Shown here piece by piece: positions 18,429 to 28,365 of a stretch of DNA of 64,000 nucleotides. Position 1 is the first letter of the stretch; every line of letters starts with the position of its first letter. The notes under the pieces are model-generated. The model saw only the letters and a list, made by a program, of their open reading frames with translations. It did no database searches and was not told where the DNA came from. The position numbers and the translations under genes are program-made. Origin of the DNA: Mycobacteriales bacterium (GTDB lineage Bacteria > Actinomycetota > Actinomycetes > JAFAQI01); NCBI GenBank assembly GCA_035695045.1, contig DASSEX010000051.1, positions 73,543 through 137,542 on the forward strand, given 5' to 3'.

Positions 18429-18826
18429 CGACGAAGGCTCAGCGCGCGGTGCTCGAGGTGCTGGACACGGCAGGTCGCTTCCTGTCCGCGCAGGACATCC
18501 ACGCGAGACTGCGCCACGACGGCAGCACGGTCGGCCTGACGAGTGTGTACCGGGCGCTGCAGTCATTGACCGACGAGGGTTCCGTCGACGTCCTTCGCAC
18601 GGGCAACGGAGAGACGACGTTCCGTCGTTGCGACAGCGACGCGCATCACCACCACCTGGTCTGCCGACGTTGTGGCGCCACGGTCGAGGTCGAAGCGCCG
18701 GGACTCGAACGATGGTTGTCCGGTCTCGGTCGCGCGCATTCTTTCGTCGTCGAAGGGCACACGCTCGAAGTCGTCGGCCTCTGCGCTCGGTGCACCTCCG
18801 CCGACGCCGGAACGCCTGCAAAGTAA
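18425..18826 (+). CDS. zur: Fur-family regulator, Zur-like
   Basis: Not given as an ORF in the track; GTG start overlaps the ZIP stop. VGLTSVYRAL wHTH, HHHHLVCRRCG, C-terminal CARC. Confidence 0.85.
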   Translation: MTTKAQRAVLEVLDTAGRFLSAQDIHARLRHDGSTVGLTSVYRALQSLTDEGSVDVLRTGNGETTFRRCDSDAHHHHLVCRRCGATVEVEAPGLERWLSGLGRAHSFVVEGHTLEVVGLCARCTSADAGTPAK

Positions 18827-18835
18827 GGTCCGCGC

Positions 18836-19681
18836 ATGACGACCGAAACCGTCGACCGCGCGCACCTGGCGCGATCAGCGCATCGCTACCTCGAGCCGGT
18901 GCACACCCTGGTCTACTTCGTGCCGGAGAACGGCGAGCGCTACCAGGCGCTGGGCATCAAGGGCGGAATGCGCGGCTACTTCGCGAGCCGTGGCGCGCCG
19001 CTCGGAGTGGTCCCGGCCGAGGTCGTCATCTCGACCTTCTACAACTTCTCTCCGACCGCCGTGCGCAAGGCGATCCCCTCCGTCTGGGAGGTCACGACGC
19101 CGGAAGCGGTCCTCGAGGCGCGGCTCGACGGCGCGGACGCCGCACTGCGCCGCCTCCTCGGCGATGCGGTCGACTCGCCGGACATGGCACGCGCCGCCGA
19201 GCTCGCCCGAGAGGCGACGGCCGTTCTGGACGTCGCCGGCCGGCCGCTGTTCGCCGGACATGCGGCCCTGCCGTGGCCGGAGCCCGCGCACCTGCAGCTC
19301 TGGCACGCGGCGACCCTGTTGCGCGAGCATCGCGGCGACGGGCACATCGCGGCGCTCGTCCTGGCCGGACTCTCCGGCCTGGACGCATCACTCACCTATG
19401 TGGCGACCGGCAAGAGCATGCCGGAGGACCTGCAGCGGCAGACCCGCGGCTACAGCGAGGATGAGTGGAACGCCGCCAAGCAACGACTGGTCGATGACGG
19501 GTTGCTCGACCCGGCGGGCGGTCTGACCGATCGCGGGCAGGCAGTGCGCGCCGGCATCGAGGCCCAGACCGATGCCGCGGCGGCCGCGCCCTACGACCAT
19601 CTCGGTCCCGAGCGCACGCAGGAGCTCATCGACCTGGTCCGGCCCTGGGCCCGCGCGATCAGCAAGCAGATCTTCGGCTGA
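18836..19681 (+). CDS. SCO6745-family conserved actinobacterial protein
   Basis: LEPVHTLVYF, YFASRGAPLG, TFYNFSP, LREHRGDGH motifs. Confidence 0.75.
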   Translation: MTTETVDRAHLARSAHRYLEPVHTLVYFVPENGERYQALGIKGGMRGYFASRGAPLGVVPAEVVISTFYNFSPTAVRKAIPSVWEVTTPEAVLEARLDGADAALRRLLGDAVDSPDMARAAELAREATAVLDVAGRPLFAGHAALPWPEPAHLQLWHAATLLREHRGDGHIAALVLAGLSGLDASLTYVATGKSMPEDLQRQTRGYSEDEWNAAKQRLVDDGLLDPAGGLTDRGQAVRAGIEAQTDAAAAAPYDHLGPERTQELIDLVRPWARAISKQIFG

Positions 19682-19694
19682 GACAGGAGCAGCA

Positions 19695-20513
19695 GTGACC
19701 GCGCAGCGCTTCGACGGAAAGGTCGCCTGGATCACGGGCGGCGCCAACGGCTTCGGTGCAGGGGTCGGACGCCGACTGTCCTCCCTCGGCGCGACGGTCG
19801 TGCTGTCCGACGTCGACGTCGACAACGGCGAGAAGGTCGCGGCAGAGATCGGCGGCTCGTTCGTCGCCTGCGACGTCTCGTCGTACGACGCCAACGCGAC
19901 GGCGGTGCGTTCCGTCCTCGACCAGCACGGCCGGCTCGACATCGCGTTCCTCAACGCCGGTGTCGCGACGGGCATCGGCATCGGCGACGACTTCGATCTC
20001 GACCGCTACAAGCGCGCCATGAGCATCAATCTCGACGGCGTCGCGTTCGGTCTCCACCACGTCCTCGGCGCGATGTCCGAGAGAGGCGGGGACATCGTCG
20101 CGACCGCGAGCCTTGCCGGACTGGTCGCGACCCCCTTCGACCCGATCTACGGCGCCAACAAGCACGCCGTCGTCGGTCTCGTGCGCGCCGCAGGGGCGGC
20201 GTACGGCCCGCAGGGCATCAGGGTCAACGCACTGTGCCCGGGCTTCGCCGACACCAACATCGTCAGCCCGGAGGCACGCGAGGGCCTCGCGAGCATCGGC
20301 ATCCCGTTGCTCGACCCCGAGCGGGTCGTCGATGCGTTCATCGCGGCCGTCACCAGCGAGGAGTCCGGCCAGTGCTGGTACATCCAGCCCGGCCGGCCGA
20401 GCGAGCCGTTCCGTTTCCGCAACGTCCCGGGACCGCGGGACGAGAGCGGAGAGCCGGTGTCGAACCGTGCCGGTGACGTCCAGGCCACCCTGACCGAACG
20501 CGGCGCACACTGA
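19695..20513 (+). CDS. Short-chain dehydrogenase/reductase
   Basis: TGGANGFG, NAG, S...YGANK catalytic motif, NALCPG. Confidence 0.88.
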   Translation: MTAQRFDGKVAWITGGANGFGAGVGRRLSSLGATVVLSDVDVDNGEKVAAEIGGSFVACDVSSYDANATAVRSVLDQHGRLDIAFLNAGVATGIGIGDDFDLDRYKRAMSINLDGVAFGLHHVLGAMSERGGDIVATASLAGLVATPFDPIYGANKHAVVGLVRAAGAAYGPQGIRVNALCPGFADTNIVSPEAREGLASIGIPLLDPERVVDAFIAAVTSEESGQCWYIQPGRPSEPFRFRNVPGPRDESGEPVSNRAGDVQATLTERGAH

Positions 20514-20581
20514 CCCTGCTTGACGGTGTCCGCACAAATCGTCAGGATCTCGACGAATCGGATTCGACCACGGGGGTCTTC

Positions 20582-21421
20582 ATGCGCCGTCCTGCCGTCC
20601 TCGCCGCCGTCGTAGCGATTGCGTTCGCCGCTGTCGCAGGTCCCGCCGCGTTCGCCGCGACGACCACCACGGTGGCTCTGCCGAACAGCATCGCGTCGAC
20701 GGGCGACTCGATCACGCGTGCCTATGACTCGACCTCCAACGGGTGCTTCCTGTCCGACTGCCCGCAGTACTCCTGGTCGACCGGGACCGCCAGCGCCTCA
20801 ACGGTCAACAGCCAGTACAACCGCATCCTCGCGGCCAACAACGGCGTCCGCGGCAACGTCTACAACGACGCGAAGACCGGCGCGAAGATGATCGACCTCG
20901 ACGGTCAGGTGAAGACCGCGGCGTCACAGGCCGTGCAGTACCTCACCGTGCTGATGGGTGCGAACGACGTCTGCACCTCGAGCATCTCGACGATGACGCC
21001 GACCGCGACCTTCCAGAGCCAGTTCCAGACGGCCCTGACGGACTTCTTCGCCGCCGACCCGAACGCCCATGTCTTCGTCAGCTCGATCCCGAACATCTAC
21101 CAGCTCTGGAGCCTCGAGCACACCAACTCCACGGCGGAGTTCGAGTGGAAGAACTTCGGCATCTGCCAGTCGATGTTGTCGCAGAACAACACCGAGGCCG
21201 ACCGGCAGACGGTCGTGACGCAGGAACAGGCCGACAACAACGCGCTCGCCACCGTGTGCGCGCAGTTCGCGAACTGCAAGTGGGACAACCTGGCGACCTA
21301 CAACTACGCGTTCAAGACCTCGGACATCTCGACGATCGACTACTTCCACCCGTCGATCAGCGGCCAGAACACCCTCGCCGGCATCACCTGGGGCGCCAGC
21401 TACTGGCCCACAACGAAGTAA
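20582..21421 (+). CDS. Secreted SGNH/GDSL-family hydrolase
   Basis: Signal peptide; block I GDSIT, block III GAND, block V DYFHP. Confidence 0.85.
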   Translation: MRRPAVLAAVVAIAFAAVAGPAAFAATTTTVALPNSIASTGDSITRAYDSTSNGCFLSDCPQYSWSTGTASASTVNSQYNRILAANNGVRGNVYNDAKTGAKMIDLDGQVKTAASQAVQYLTVLMGANDVCTSSISTMTPTATFQSQFQTALTDFFAADPNAHVFVSSIPNIYQLWSLEHTNSTAEFEWKNFGICQSMLSQNNTEADRQTVVTQEQADNNALATVCAQFANCKWDNLATYNYAFKTSDISTIDYFHPSISGQNTLAGITWGASYWPTTK

Positions 21422-21469
21422 GGAATACTTGCGGGCTCAATGACCTTGCACCTGCCGGAGGTCAATCTG

Positions 21470-22474
21470 ATGCCTGCAGTCACCGTCGACGACGTCACCG
21501 TCCTTCCGCGGCTCCGGGAGCCCGCGTTCGCTGCCGTGCGGCCGGTCCGGTCCGTGACCTCGGCTCCGAGCGGGTTCGAGGGCGAGGGCTTCCCCGTCCG
21601 CCGGGCCTTCGCGGGCGTGGACATGTCGCTGCTCGACCCGTTCATCCACATGGACCAGATGGGCGAGGTCGACTACGCGCCGGGCGAGCCCAAAGGCACC
21701 CCGTGGCATCCGCACCGCGGGTTCGAGACGGTGACCTACCTGCTCGACGGCACCTTCGAGCACCAGGACTCGAACGGCGGCGGCGGGCTCATCACCAACG
21801 GCGACACGCAATGGATGACCGCAGGCAAGGGACTCCTGCACATCGAGAAGCCGCCGGAGGAGCTCGTTGTCAGTGGCGGGCTGTTCCACGGCGTCCAGCT
21901 CTGGGTCAACCTCCCGCGTGAGCAGAAGTGGGTCGACCCGCGCTACCAAGACCTGCGCGGCAGTGCCGTCGGCCTGGTCGCATCGCCAGACGCGGGCGCG
22001 CTCGTCCGCATCATCGCCGGCGACCTCGCCGAGCACGTCGGCCCGGGGACGACGTACACGCCGATGACCATGCTGCACGCGACGGTCTCCGCCGGCGCGG
22101 CGGTCGACGTTCCGTGGCGGCCGGACTTCAACGCCCTCGGCTACGTGCTGGCGGGCAACGGCCTGGTCGGCGCCGAGCGACGCCCGGTCAGCACCGGCCA
22201 GCTCGTGGTTTTCGGCTCAGCAGCGCGCGCGGAGGGCGAGGACGTCGTCCGCGTCGAGGCAGCGCAGTCCCAGGACGGCCGCCACCCGGCGCTCGAGATC
22301 CTGCTGCTCGGCGGGCGACCGATCCGTGAGCCACTCGCGTGGGGCGGCCCGTTCGTCATGAACACCAAGAGCGAGGTGCTCCAGGCTTTCGAGGACTTCC
22401 AGGCGGGACGGCTCGGCAGCATCCCGGCGACCCGTTCGCCCGAGGTGACCGAGCAGGTCGACCGAACTCGCTGA
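21470..22474 (+). CDS. Pirin family protein
   Basis: DPFIHMD, WHPHRGFETVTY, QWMTAG, LHIE, QLWVNLP, GPFVMN; RBS GGAGG. Confidence 0.92.
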   Translation: MPAVTVDDVTVLPRLREPAFAAVRPVRSVTSAPSGFEGEGFPVRRAFAGVDMSLLDPFIHMDQMGEVDYAPGEPKGTPWHPHRGFETVTYLLDGTFEHQDSNGGGGLITNGDTQWMTAGKGLLHIEKPPEELVVSGGLFHGVQLWVNLPREQKWVDPRYQDLRGSAVGLVASPDAGALVRIIAGDLAEHVGPGTTYTPMTMLHATVSAGAAVDVPWRPDFNALGYVLAGNGLVGAERRPVSTGQLVVFGSAARAEGEDVVRVEAAQSQDGRHPALEILLLGGRPIREPLAWGGPFVMNTKSEVLQAFEDFQAGRLGSIPATRSPEVTEQVDRTR

Positions 22475-22567
22475 ATCGGTGGTTGGCGGCCCGGCTTTGC
22501 GATAGGAACGGCGGCAGGGCTCCGCATCTGGGTCGGCGCGCGGGGCACGACACGATGTGAGGCCGCC

Positions 22568-23245
22568 ATGGTCGCGACGCCTACCGCAATGCCCATCCTC
22601 GCCACGGGACGTCATCGCAGCCCTCGCCGCGGCGCGTGCCTCATGGAGTACACGTCCGTGCTGGCGGGTGAACGGTTCAGCGACTCGCCGCGCTGCACCG
22701 ACCCGGTGCTCGCCGCCGTGGCTCGGGCGGTCAACGACTACTCGAGCGATGCCTCGCGACAGCGCATCGCGCCGTTCGCCGGTGACCTGACGACAGCGCA
22801 CGGAGCAGGCGACGACGTCCGCCGCGGCATCGTCAGACGTTGCCTGCTCACCGCTCTGCGCTATGCCGACGGCACTCGCCGCCAGGTGCTGCTCGTCGCC
22901 CTGCTGGGGCTGGAGCGGGCAGCGGCCGGCGAGTCACGTGGGTGGGACGGGTCGATGCTGTCGCTCGACGCCGAGCTCGCTCTTCTCGGCCGTGATCGTG
23001 AGCTCGCGCCGGCAGCGGCGTACGTCGCCGCGCTGCCCGTCGAGGTCGGTGAGCATGCCCGCCGAGCGCCCGGCATCGCCATCGAGATGGCGGTCGCGAC
23101 GATCGCCGAGTCGGCCGGTGAAGCACAGCCGGCCGACGACGCCTTGTTCGAGCTGTTCCAGGAGTGCCTCCGCGACTACGAGCGCGGCAAGTTCATCGCG
23201 GCTCAGGGCAGCAGGCTTCCCTGGACGGCTGACTCGACGTCGTAA
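22568..23245 (+). CDS. Conserved hypothetical protein with a His/Cys motif
   Basis: GRH...GACLMEYTSVLAGERFSDSPRCTDP...VND; RBS GAGG. Confidence 0.65.
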   Translation: MVATPTAMPILATGRHRSPRRGACLMEYTSVLAGERFSDSPRCTDPVLAAVARAVNDYSSDASRQRIAPFAGDLTTAHGAGDDVRRGIVRRCLLTALRYADGTRRQVLLVALLGLERAAAGESRGWDGSMLSLDAELALLGRDRELAPAAAYVAALPVEVGEHARRAPGIAIEMAVATIAESAGEAQPADDALFELFQECLRDYERGKFIAAQGSRLPWTADSTS

Positions 23246-25626
23246 TAGGGCAGACCCGAGCCGGTCAGGTCGACCAGCGCGAGACCCGTGCGGTCGGTGT
23301 GCAGGACGCTCTTCGTCTCCGCCGGAAGGCTGCTGCCGGCGGCGTAGAGGAGCGGTCCACGCCCCCGCAGCCGGACCGCCTCGACCAGGCCCGAGGTGGC
23401 GTTGCCGGCGGCCACCACACCCGCGCGGCCGGGCTTGCCGAAGGTCGCCGTCGCAACGGCAGCGGCTGTCTGTGCGGCGGTGCCACCGAAGTACGCCGTC
23501 GCCGAGGTGTCCGCCTGGTGCGCGGCCGCCCCGACCGCAAAGCGGGTCAGGCCCGGATGGTTCGCAAGCCACGTCCTCGTCTCCGGCGCGAGAGCGCCGG
23601 CGTGGGTGAGCAGGATCGCCGCGTGCTTGCGCACCGCCAGTGGTGTCGCCGCCCAGGCGTCCGTGAAGCCGCCGTCATCGACCTCGACGACCGCCTTGAT
23701 GGTCGTGGTCGACGCCAACTTGTTCGCGACGGCTCGCGCCGTGGCCGCCGGGGTCGCCCCACCCAGCCGCACCGGACGGAAACCCTTCGCCGCGACCGCC
23801 GCTTTGACGTCATCGCTGATGACGCCGGTGTTGCCCAGCAGGTAGACCCTGCCGCCTGCCGGAAGCACGCGCTGGATCTCGGCCATCGTGACGGACGGGA
23901 CGGAGCCGGCGTCCGTCAGCAGCACCGGCCCGTGCAGGGCAACCGCGAGCGGGCCGGCCGCGAGTCCGTTCGCCCAGGCCGTGGTCGAGGTCAGCACTAC
24001 CGCGCCGGCGGAACCGGCGGTGAAGTCGGCCGCCGACACGCGCGCGGCGCTGACCGCCGCGGATGACGTGCCGAGCCGGTCCACCTTCGTCGTGACGGTG
24101 GCATAGCGGCCGCGACCCACGTCGCTGCGCGCCGCCACCTCCGCGACATAGTCGGTGCCGCTCGCCAGACCGGAAAACGATGCGCTGCGCGTGGACGCGG
24201 ACACCGTCTTCGTCAGCGAACCCGGCTGCAGCACGACCTGGTAGCCGGACACCGGAGCACCGCCGTTCGGCTTCGGTGGCCGCCAGGTCACGGTGGCCGA
24301 CCCACCGCTGCGAGAGGCACGGACGTAGGTGGGGACGTTCGGTGGGAGCACGACGCGGAACCACTCGCTGCGCAGCCCGAACGTCGAGCGGAACGACGTC
24401 CCGCTGACGGTGACGCTGCCGCTGCTTCCATGCACGGTCAGCGACGTCACCCGGCCACCCCAGTCACCGTTGCCGTCGCGGCCGGTGATGACGATCGACG
24501 TCACGGCGCCCAGGGAGGAGTAGACGGAACGGATCGTCGAAGCGGACAGGGTGGTCCGCCAGGAGTGCGGGCTCCAGCTCACGCTCGGAACACCGTCATA
24601 CGGGTCCTGCTGCGCGATCAAGTACGGCTGCCCCCCGGCCACGGTCCAACCGCCGGACGACGACGAGAACTGCGTGAAGGCGGCATGTCCCTGGCTGTCC
24701 AAGAGCACGTTGCCGGCGGTCGCGGCGACGGCGTCGTTCGTCGACGTCACCTCTGAGCTCATGCCGGTGTACATCTGGTCGCTGGTCGTGTCGTAGAGGT
24801 CGAAGTACGCGCCGACTCCGGGGTGCGGGTGCTCGTGCACGTAGGCGGCGTAGGTCCGCGCCGCGACCGCCTGCGCCTCGAGCGCCGCGGCCGACCATGA
24901 GGAAGGCATCTCACTGGGCACGACCGACCGCAGGTAGGACTCGATCGGTACGACGTCAACCGGGTAGATCGACGTTCCGGTGAACGCCGCGCGCATGGCG
25001 CCGCGGTAGCGGCGGACGCTGCTCCCGACGACCAGTCGGACGTAGCCGCCGGTCGTGAACGTGATGCTGCCGTTCATCACGGCAGACCAGGCCTTGTCGC
25101 AGTTGGGTGGGTTGCCCACGGTCCACGTCGAGCCGTCGACCGTCTTCTGCAGCCGCAGCCGCGGGCCGTTCGTGGTCGACACGACCTTGGCGCGCCACCG
25201 CTGGACGGTCGTCTTCCCGCCGTCGTACGACGTCGGGAGCGTGCAGGCGGCCACGCCTGCGACCGACGAGCTCACCGACGTGTCCACCCCGGCGCGCGGC
25301 TCGATCGTCAGCGGCGCGCCCTGAGCGGCGGAGACGAGCACCCGCACCGTGCTGTTCGGCTGCTGCGTCAGCGTGGTGTGGGGGTAGTAGAAGCCGACGA
25401 TCTGCTGGTAGGTGAGCCCTTTCAGCGCGGCGCCGTACGCCCCGAACTGGCTCATGCCGTGACCGTGGCCGTAGCCGTGCCCGTCGAGCGTGAACACGCC
25501 GTTCGGCGGGACGGGATAGACCTCGTTGACGGAGATCGGGGCGGCGCTCGCCCCGGGGATGACGGCGACCGCGAGAGCGGTAACGGTCGCGAGGACGGCG
25601 CCGAGCGCGCGTCGGGCCGTGCTCAT
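23203..25626 (-). CDS. SpoIID/LytB-domain peptidoglycan lytic enzyme + fibronectin type III + cell-wall-binding-2 repeats
   Basis: GHGYGHGHGMSQFGA, ESYLRSVVPSEMP...ALEAQAVAARTY, LRSEWF; FN3 (TWRPP...Y..EVAA); CWB2-like ANGLAAGPLA...PVLLT and VYLLG. Confidence 0.85.
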   Translation of the reverse strand: MSTARRALGAVLATVTALAVAVIPGASAAPISVNEVYPVPPNGVFTLDGHGYGHGHGMSQFGAYGAALKGLTYQQIVGFYYPHTTLTQQPNSTVRVLVSAAQGAPLTIEPRAGVDTSVSSSVAGVAACTLPTSYDGGKTTVQRWRAKVVSTTNGPRLRLQKTVDGSTWTVGNPPNCDKAWSAVMNGSITFTTGGYVRLVVGSSVRRYRGAMRAAFTGTSIYPVDVVPIESYLRSVVPSEMPSSWSAAALEAQAVAARTYAAYVHEHPHPGVGAYFDLYDTTSDQMYTGMSSEVTSTNDAVAATAGNVLLDSQGHAAFTQFSSSSGGWTVAGGQPYLIAQQDPYDGVPSVSWSPHSWRTTLSASTIRSVYSSLGAVTSIVITGRDGNGDWGGRVTSLTVHGSSGSVTVSGTSFRSTFGLRSEWFRVVLPPNVPTYVRASRSGGSATVTWRPPKPNGGAPVSGYQVVLQPGSLTKTVSASTRSASFSGLASGTDYVAEVAARSDVGRGRYATVTTKVDRLGTSSAAVSAARVSAADFTAGSAGAVVLTSTTAWANGLAAGPLAVALHGPVLLTDAGSVPSVTMAEIQRVLPAGGRVYLLGNTGVISDDVKAAVAAKGFRPVRLGGATPAATARAVANKLASTTTIKAVVEVDDGGFTDAWAATPLAVRKHAAILLTHAGALAPETRTWLANHPGLTRFAVGAAAHQADTSATAYFGGTAAQTAAAVATATFGKPGRAGVVAAGNATSGLVEAVRLRGRGPLLYAAGSSLPAETKSVLHTDRTGLALVDLTGSGLPYYDVESAVQGSLLP

Positions 25627-25749
25627 GAGCGGCATCTCCCGGATTCGTGACAAACGGACACAGGTCCCTCTGAGAACACTCGTCACAACAGTAGGCCGAG
25701 TTGACCCCCAGAACCGGGATCTGTCCGGGCACCTACGCGCAAGGGGATT

Positions 25750-25773
25750 CTTCAGGTGGCCGGCCCTAGCATG
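25750..25773 (+). promoter_or_regulatory. LCP promoter motif CTTCAGGT-N7-CCTAGCATG
   Basis: The same two blocks recur upstream of the second LCP gene (28366-28388); TAGCAT fits a -10 hexamer. Confidence 0.5.
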
Positions 25774-25814
25774 TTCCGGGCGCGGCATCGGGCCGCCCGG
25801 AAGGAAGCTCCCGA

Positions 25815-27302
25815 GTGACGAGGCCGCAACACGCTGCGCCCCGACCGCAGCGGCGGTGGGGGCGGCTTGCCTCATGGATCGCCCTGGGGCTCGGCATCGT
25901 GCTCGTGCTGGCGACGGCCGGCGCGTACCTGGAGTACCGCAAGCTCAACGGCAACATCACGCATCTGCGGACCGACATCGTCGGCGCGCGGCCTGCCGAC
26001 GGCCCCGGCAAGTCGGAGAACGTGCTGCTCATCGGCTCGGACTCGCGCGCGTTCGCCGGAGGCGCCCGGTTCGGCGCGGAGGTCACCGGCGCACGGTCGG
26101 ACACGACGATCCTCGTGCACATCTCGGCCGACGGGAAGAAGGCCGTCCTCGTCAGCATCCCGCGCGACACCTACACGCTGATCCCCCGCTGTCACGAGCC
26201 GGGCGGCCACATCTCCGCGCCGCAGTGGAACAAGTTCAACGCGGCGTACTCCATCGGCGGTCCGTCGTGCACGATCGCGACCGTCGAACACCTCACCCAC
26301 CTGCGCATCGATCACTTCGTCGAGGTCAACTTCCTCGGCTTCCAGCGCATGGTCGACGCACTCGGTGGAGTGCGCGTCTGTCTGACGCATCCCATCGACG
26401 ACCCCGTGCGCAAGAACCCGGTGACCGGCGGGACGATCGGCAGCGGGCTCGTCGTCTCCGCCGGCGTCCACACGTTCCACGGCAAGCAGGCGCTCGGCTT
26501 CGTGCGAGCGCGCTACGCCGTCGGCGACGGCAGCGACCTCGGACGGATCAAGAACCAGCAGGTGTTCATCTCCGCGGTCATCCGCAAGGCGACGAGCACC
26601 GGCCTGATCCTGAAGCCCTGGCGACTGCTCGACTTCCTCAACGCGGCGACCAAGTCGATCCGCACCGATCCCGGGTTCGGCCTCAGCCAGCTGAAGACGC
26701 TCGCCGGCCAGCTGCACGGGCTCAAGGCCGGCAAGGTCGCCCTGCTCACCGTGCCGCTGTCGAACCCCGACGCCTACGTGAAGATCGGCGGCGTCAACGC
26801 CTCGGTCGTGTTCTGGGACAGGACTCGGGCAGACGCGCTGTGGCACGCACTGCGCATCGACGGACCACTTCCCGGTACGGCGCCGAAACCACGGCCGTCC
26901 TCGTCCGCGTCGCCCGCTCCTTCGCTGGTCGTCCCGCCCAGCGCAGTGCACGTCCGTGTCCTGAACGGCACCGGCCAGAAGGGCCTCGCGCAGAAGGTCG
27001 CGCAGGACCTCGCGGCCCGTGGCTTCATCATCGACGGAATCGGCGACGCCGACTCGACGGGCTACACGCACACCGTCGTCCGCTACGGGCCGGACCGCAA
27101 CGAGTCGTCACAGACCCTCGAAGCCAGCGTCACCGGATCGACCCGCCAGCTCGACGGCGCGTTGTCCGGGACCCTCGAGCTGGTCGTCGGCAGCGACTAC
27201 TCCGGCTCCCAGGCAGTGAAGATGTCGACACCCACGGCAACTCCGACGCCGACGGCATCGCTCGATGTGGTCACCGCCGACCGCGCTGTCTGTACGTCAT
27301 GA
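25815..27302 (+). CDS. LCP (LytR-CpsA-Psr) family glycopolymer ligase with LytR C-terminal domain
   Basis: N-terminal TM, NVLLIGSDSR, RSDT, SIPRD, KFNAAY, RARY...DLGR; C-terminal VRVLNGT. Confidence 0.92.
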   Translation: MTRPQHAAPRPQRRWGRLASWIALGLGIVLVLATAGAYLEYRKLNGNITHLRTDIVGARPADGPGKSENVLLIGSDSRAFAGGARFGAEVTGARSDTTILVHISADGKKAVLVSIPRDTYTLIPRCHEPGGHISAPQWNKFNAAYSIGGPSCTIATVEHLTHLRIDHFVEVNFLGFQRMVDALGGVRVCLTHPIDDPVRKNPVTGGTIGSGLVVSAGVHTFHGKQALGFVRARYAVGDGSDLGRIKNQQVFISAVIRKATSTGLILKPWRLLDFLNAATKSIRTDPGFGLSQLKTLAGQLHGLKAGKVALLTVPLSNPDAYVKIGGVNASVVFWDRTRADALWHALRIDGPLPGTAPKPRPSSSASPAPSLVVPPSAVHVRVLNGTGQKGLAQKVAQDLAARGFIIDGIGDADSTGYTHTVVRYGPDRNESSQTLEASVTGSTRQLDGALSGTLELVVGSDYSGSQAVKMSTPTATPTPTASLDVVTADRAVCTS

Positions 27303-28317
27303 CGGACGACAGGAAGCCGCTGCCCCAGCAGATGTGCATCGTCGGGTAGACGAGGACGAGCAGCGCACGCGACTTCGGCGGCAGGCCTCGTGAGGTCACG
27401 ACGGAGGCGAGCAGCACGGCGGCGACGTACGTCGCGGGAGCCGCGAAGCCGAGCAACAACCACGGCCAGGTGAACGCGCCCGCGATGCCCGCGGCAACCC
27501 CCGCACCGAGTCCGAGGAGCGCGGTCGGCGGCGCGAGGTAGCGGAGATTGACGGAGCTCGGATGCCGCCGCATCACTTCGTAGCGCCAGCGGCCGTAGTG
27601 GTGGTACTGCGACGCCAGCGAACGAACGTCTGCACGCGGGCGGTAAGCGACGCGCAGCTTGGGTGTGAACCACACCAGTCCGCCATTGCTGCGCAGCCGG
27701 TAGTTCATCTCCCAGTCCTGCGCGCGAGTGAAGCGTTCGTCGTATCCGCCGACGCCTTCTATCGCCTCACGGCGGAACACACCGAGGTAGACGGTGTCGG
27801 CCGGACCTTCCTGGCCGCCGACGTGGAAGGGTGCGTTGCCGACGCCGAAACGGCTCGTCATCGCGCGGGCAACCGCGCGCTCGAACGGGGTCCGTCCCTC
27901 GGCCCACATCAAGCCGCCGACGTTGTCCGCACCGGTGCGCCGCATGGTCTCCACAGCGATCCGCAGATAGTCGAGCGGCAGCTCGGAATGACCGTCGACC
28001 CGGGCGATGACCGGGTAGCGCGCCTCCTCGATGGCGCGGTTGAGCCCTTCGGGGGTGCGCCCTGACGGGTTCGCGACCGTCCTCACCCGGGGGTCCTCCG
28101 CGGCGATGGCTGCGGCGACCTCGTTGGTGCGGTCGCGGGACGGGCCGAGCGCGATGACGACCTCGATCGCCGCGGGATAGTCCTGGCCCAGCACGGCCGC
28201 CATGGCCGCACGCAGGTAGAGCTCCTCGTTGAGCACCGTCAGCACGACGGACACCGCCGGCCAGTCAGCGCTCTGACCGGCCCCGCCGGTCGTCGGGGTC
28301 GTCGGGCGGGAAGGCAT
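27271..28317 (-). CDS. Glycosyltransferase family 2
   Basis: LTVLNEE, RVDGH (DxD-equivalent), QDWEMNYRLR, QYHHYG; C-terminal TM helices. Confidence 0.88.
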   Translation of the reverse strand: MPSRPTTPTTGGAGQSADWPAVSVVLTVLNEELYLRAAMAAVLGQDYPAAIEVVIALGPSRDRTNEVAAAIAAEDPRVRTVANPSGRTPEGLNRAIEEARYPVIARVDGHSELPLDYLRIAVETMRRTGADNVGGLMWAEGRTPFERAVARAMTSRFGVGNAPFHVGGQEGPADTVYLGVFRREAIEGVGGYDERFTRAQDWEMNYRLRSNGGLVWFTPKLRVAYRPRADVRSLASQYHHYGRWRYEVMRRHPSSVNLRYLAPPTALLGLGAGVAAGIAGAFTWPWLLLGFAAPATYVAAVLLASVVTSRGLPPKSRALLVLVYPTMHICWGSGFLSSVMTYRQRGRR

Positions 28318-28365
28318 GGCGTCGGCACGTTACTGCACCGCCACCCGCGTGCCGGTACAGGGAAG

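Noticed and set aside
21425-21440. TACTTG-N5-TCAA upstream of the pirin gene as a MarR-type operator
   Set aside because: Weak imperfect palindrome and no cognate regulator in the vicinity.
22480-22545. CGCAAAGCC on the minus strand resembling a c-di-GMP-I riboswitch
   Set aside because: The P1/P2 elements (GGCAAA, GAAA tetraloop) are absent, and no gene lies downstream in that orientation.
25690-25760. Partial resemblance to the c-di-AMP (ydaO) riboswitch upstream of the SpoIID gene (GAATC...GTAGG..CCCG..CAG...AAC on the minus strand)
   Set aside because: The 5' half (GCTGAA...GGGGAcCC) and the TCAGCTAA core are missing, and the region is explained by the divergent LCP promoter. An Infernal search with RF00379 would settle it.
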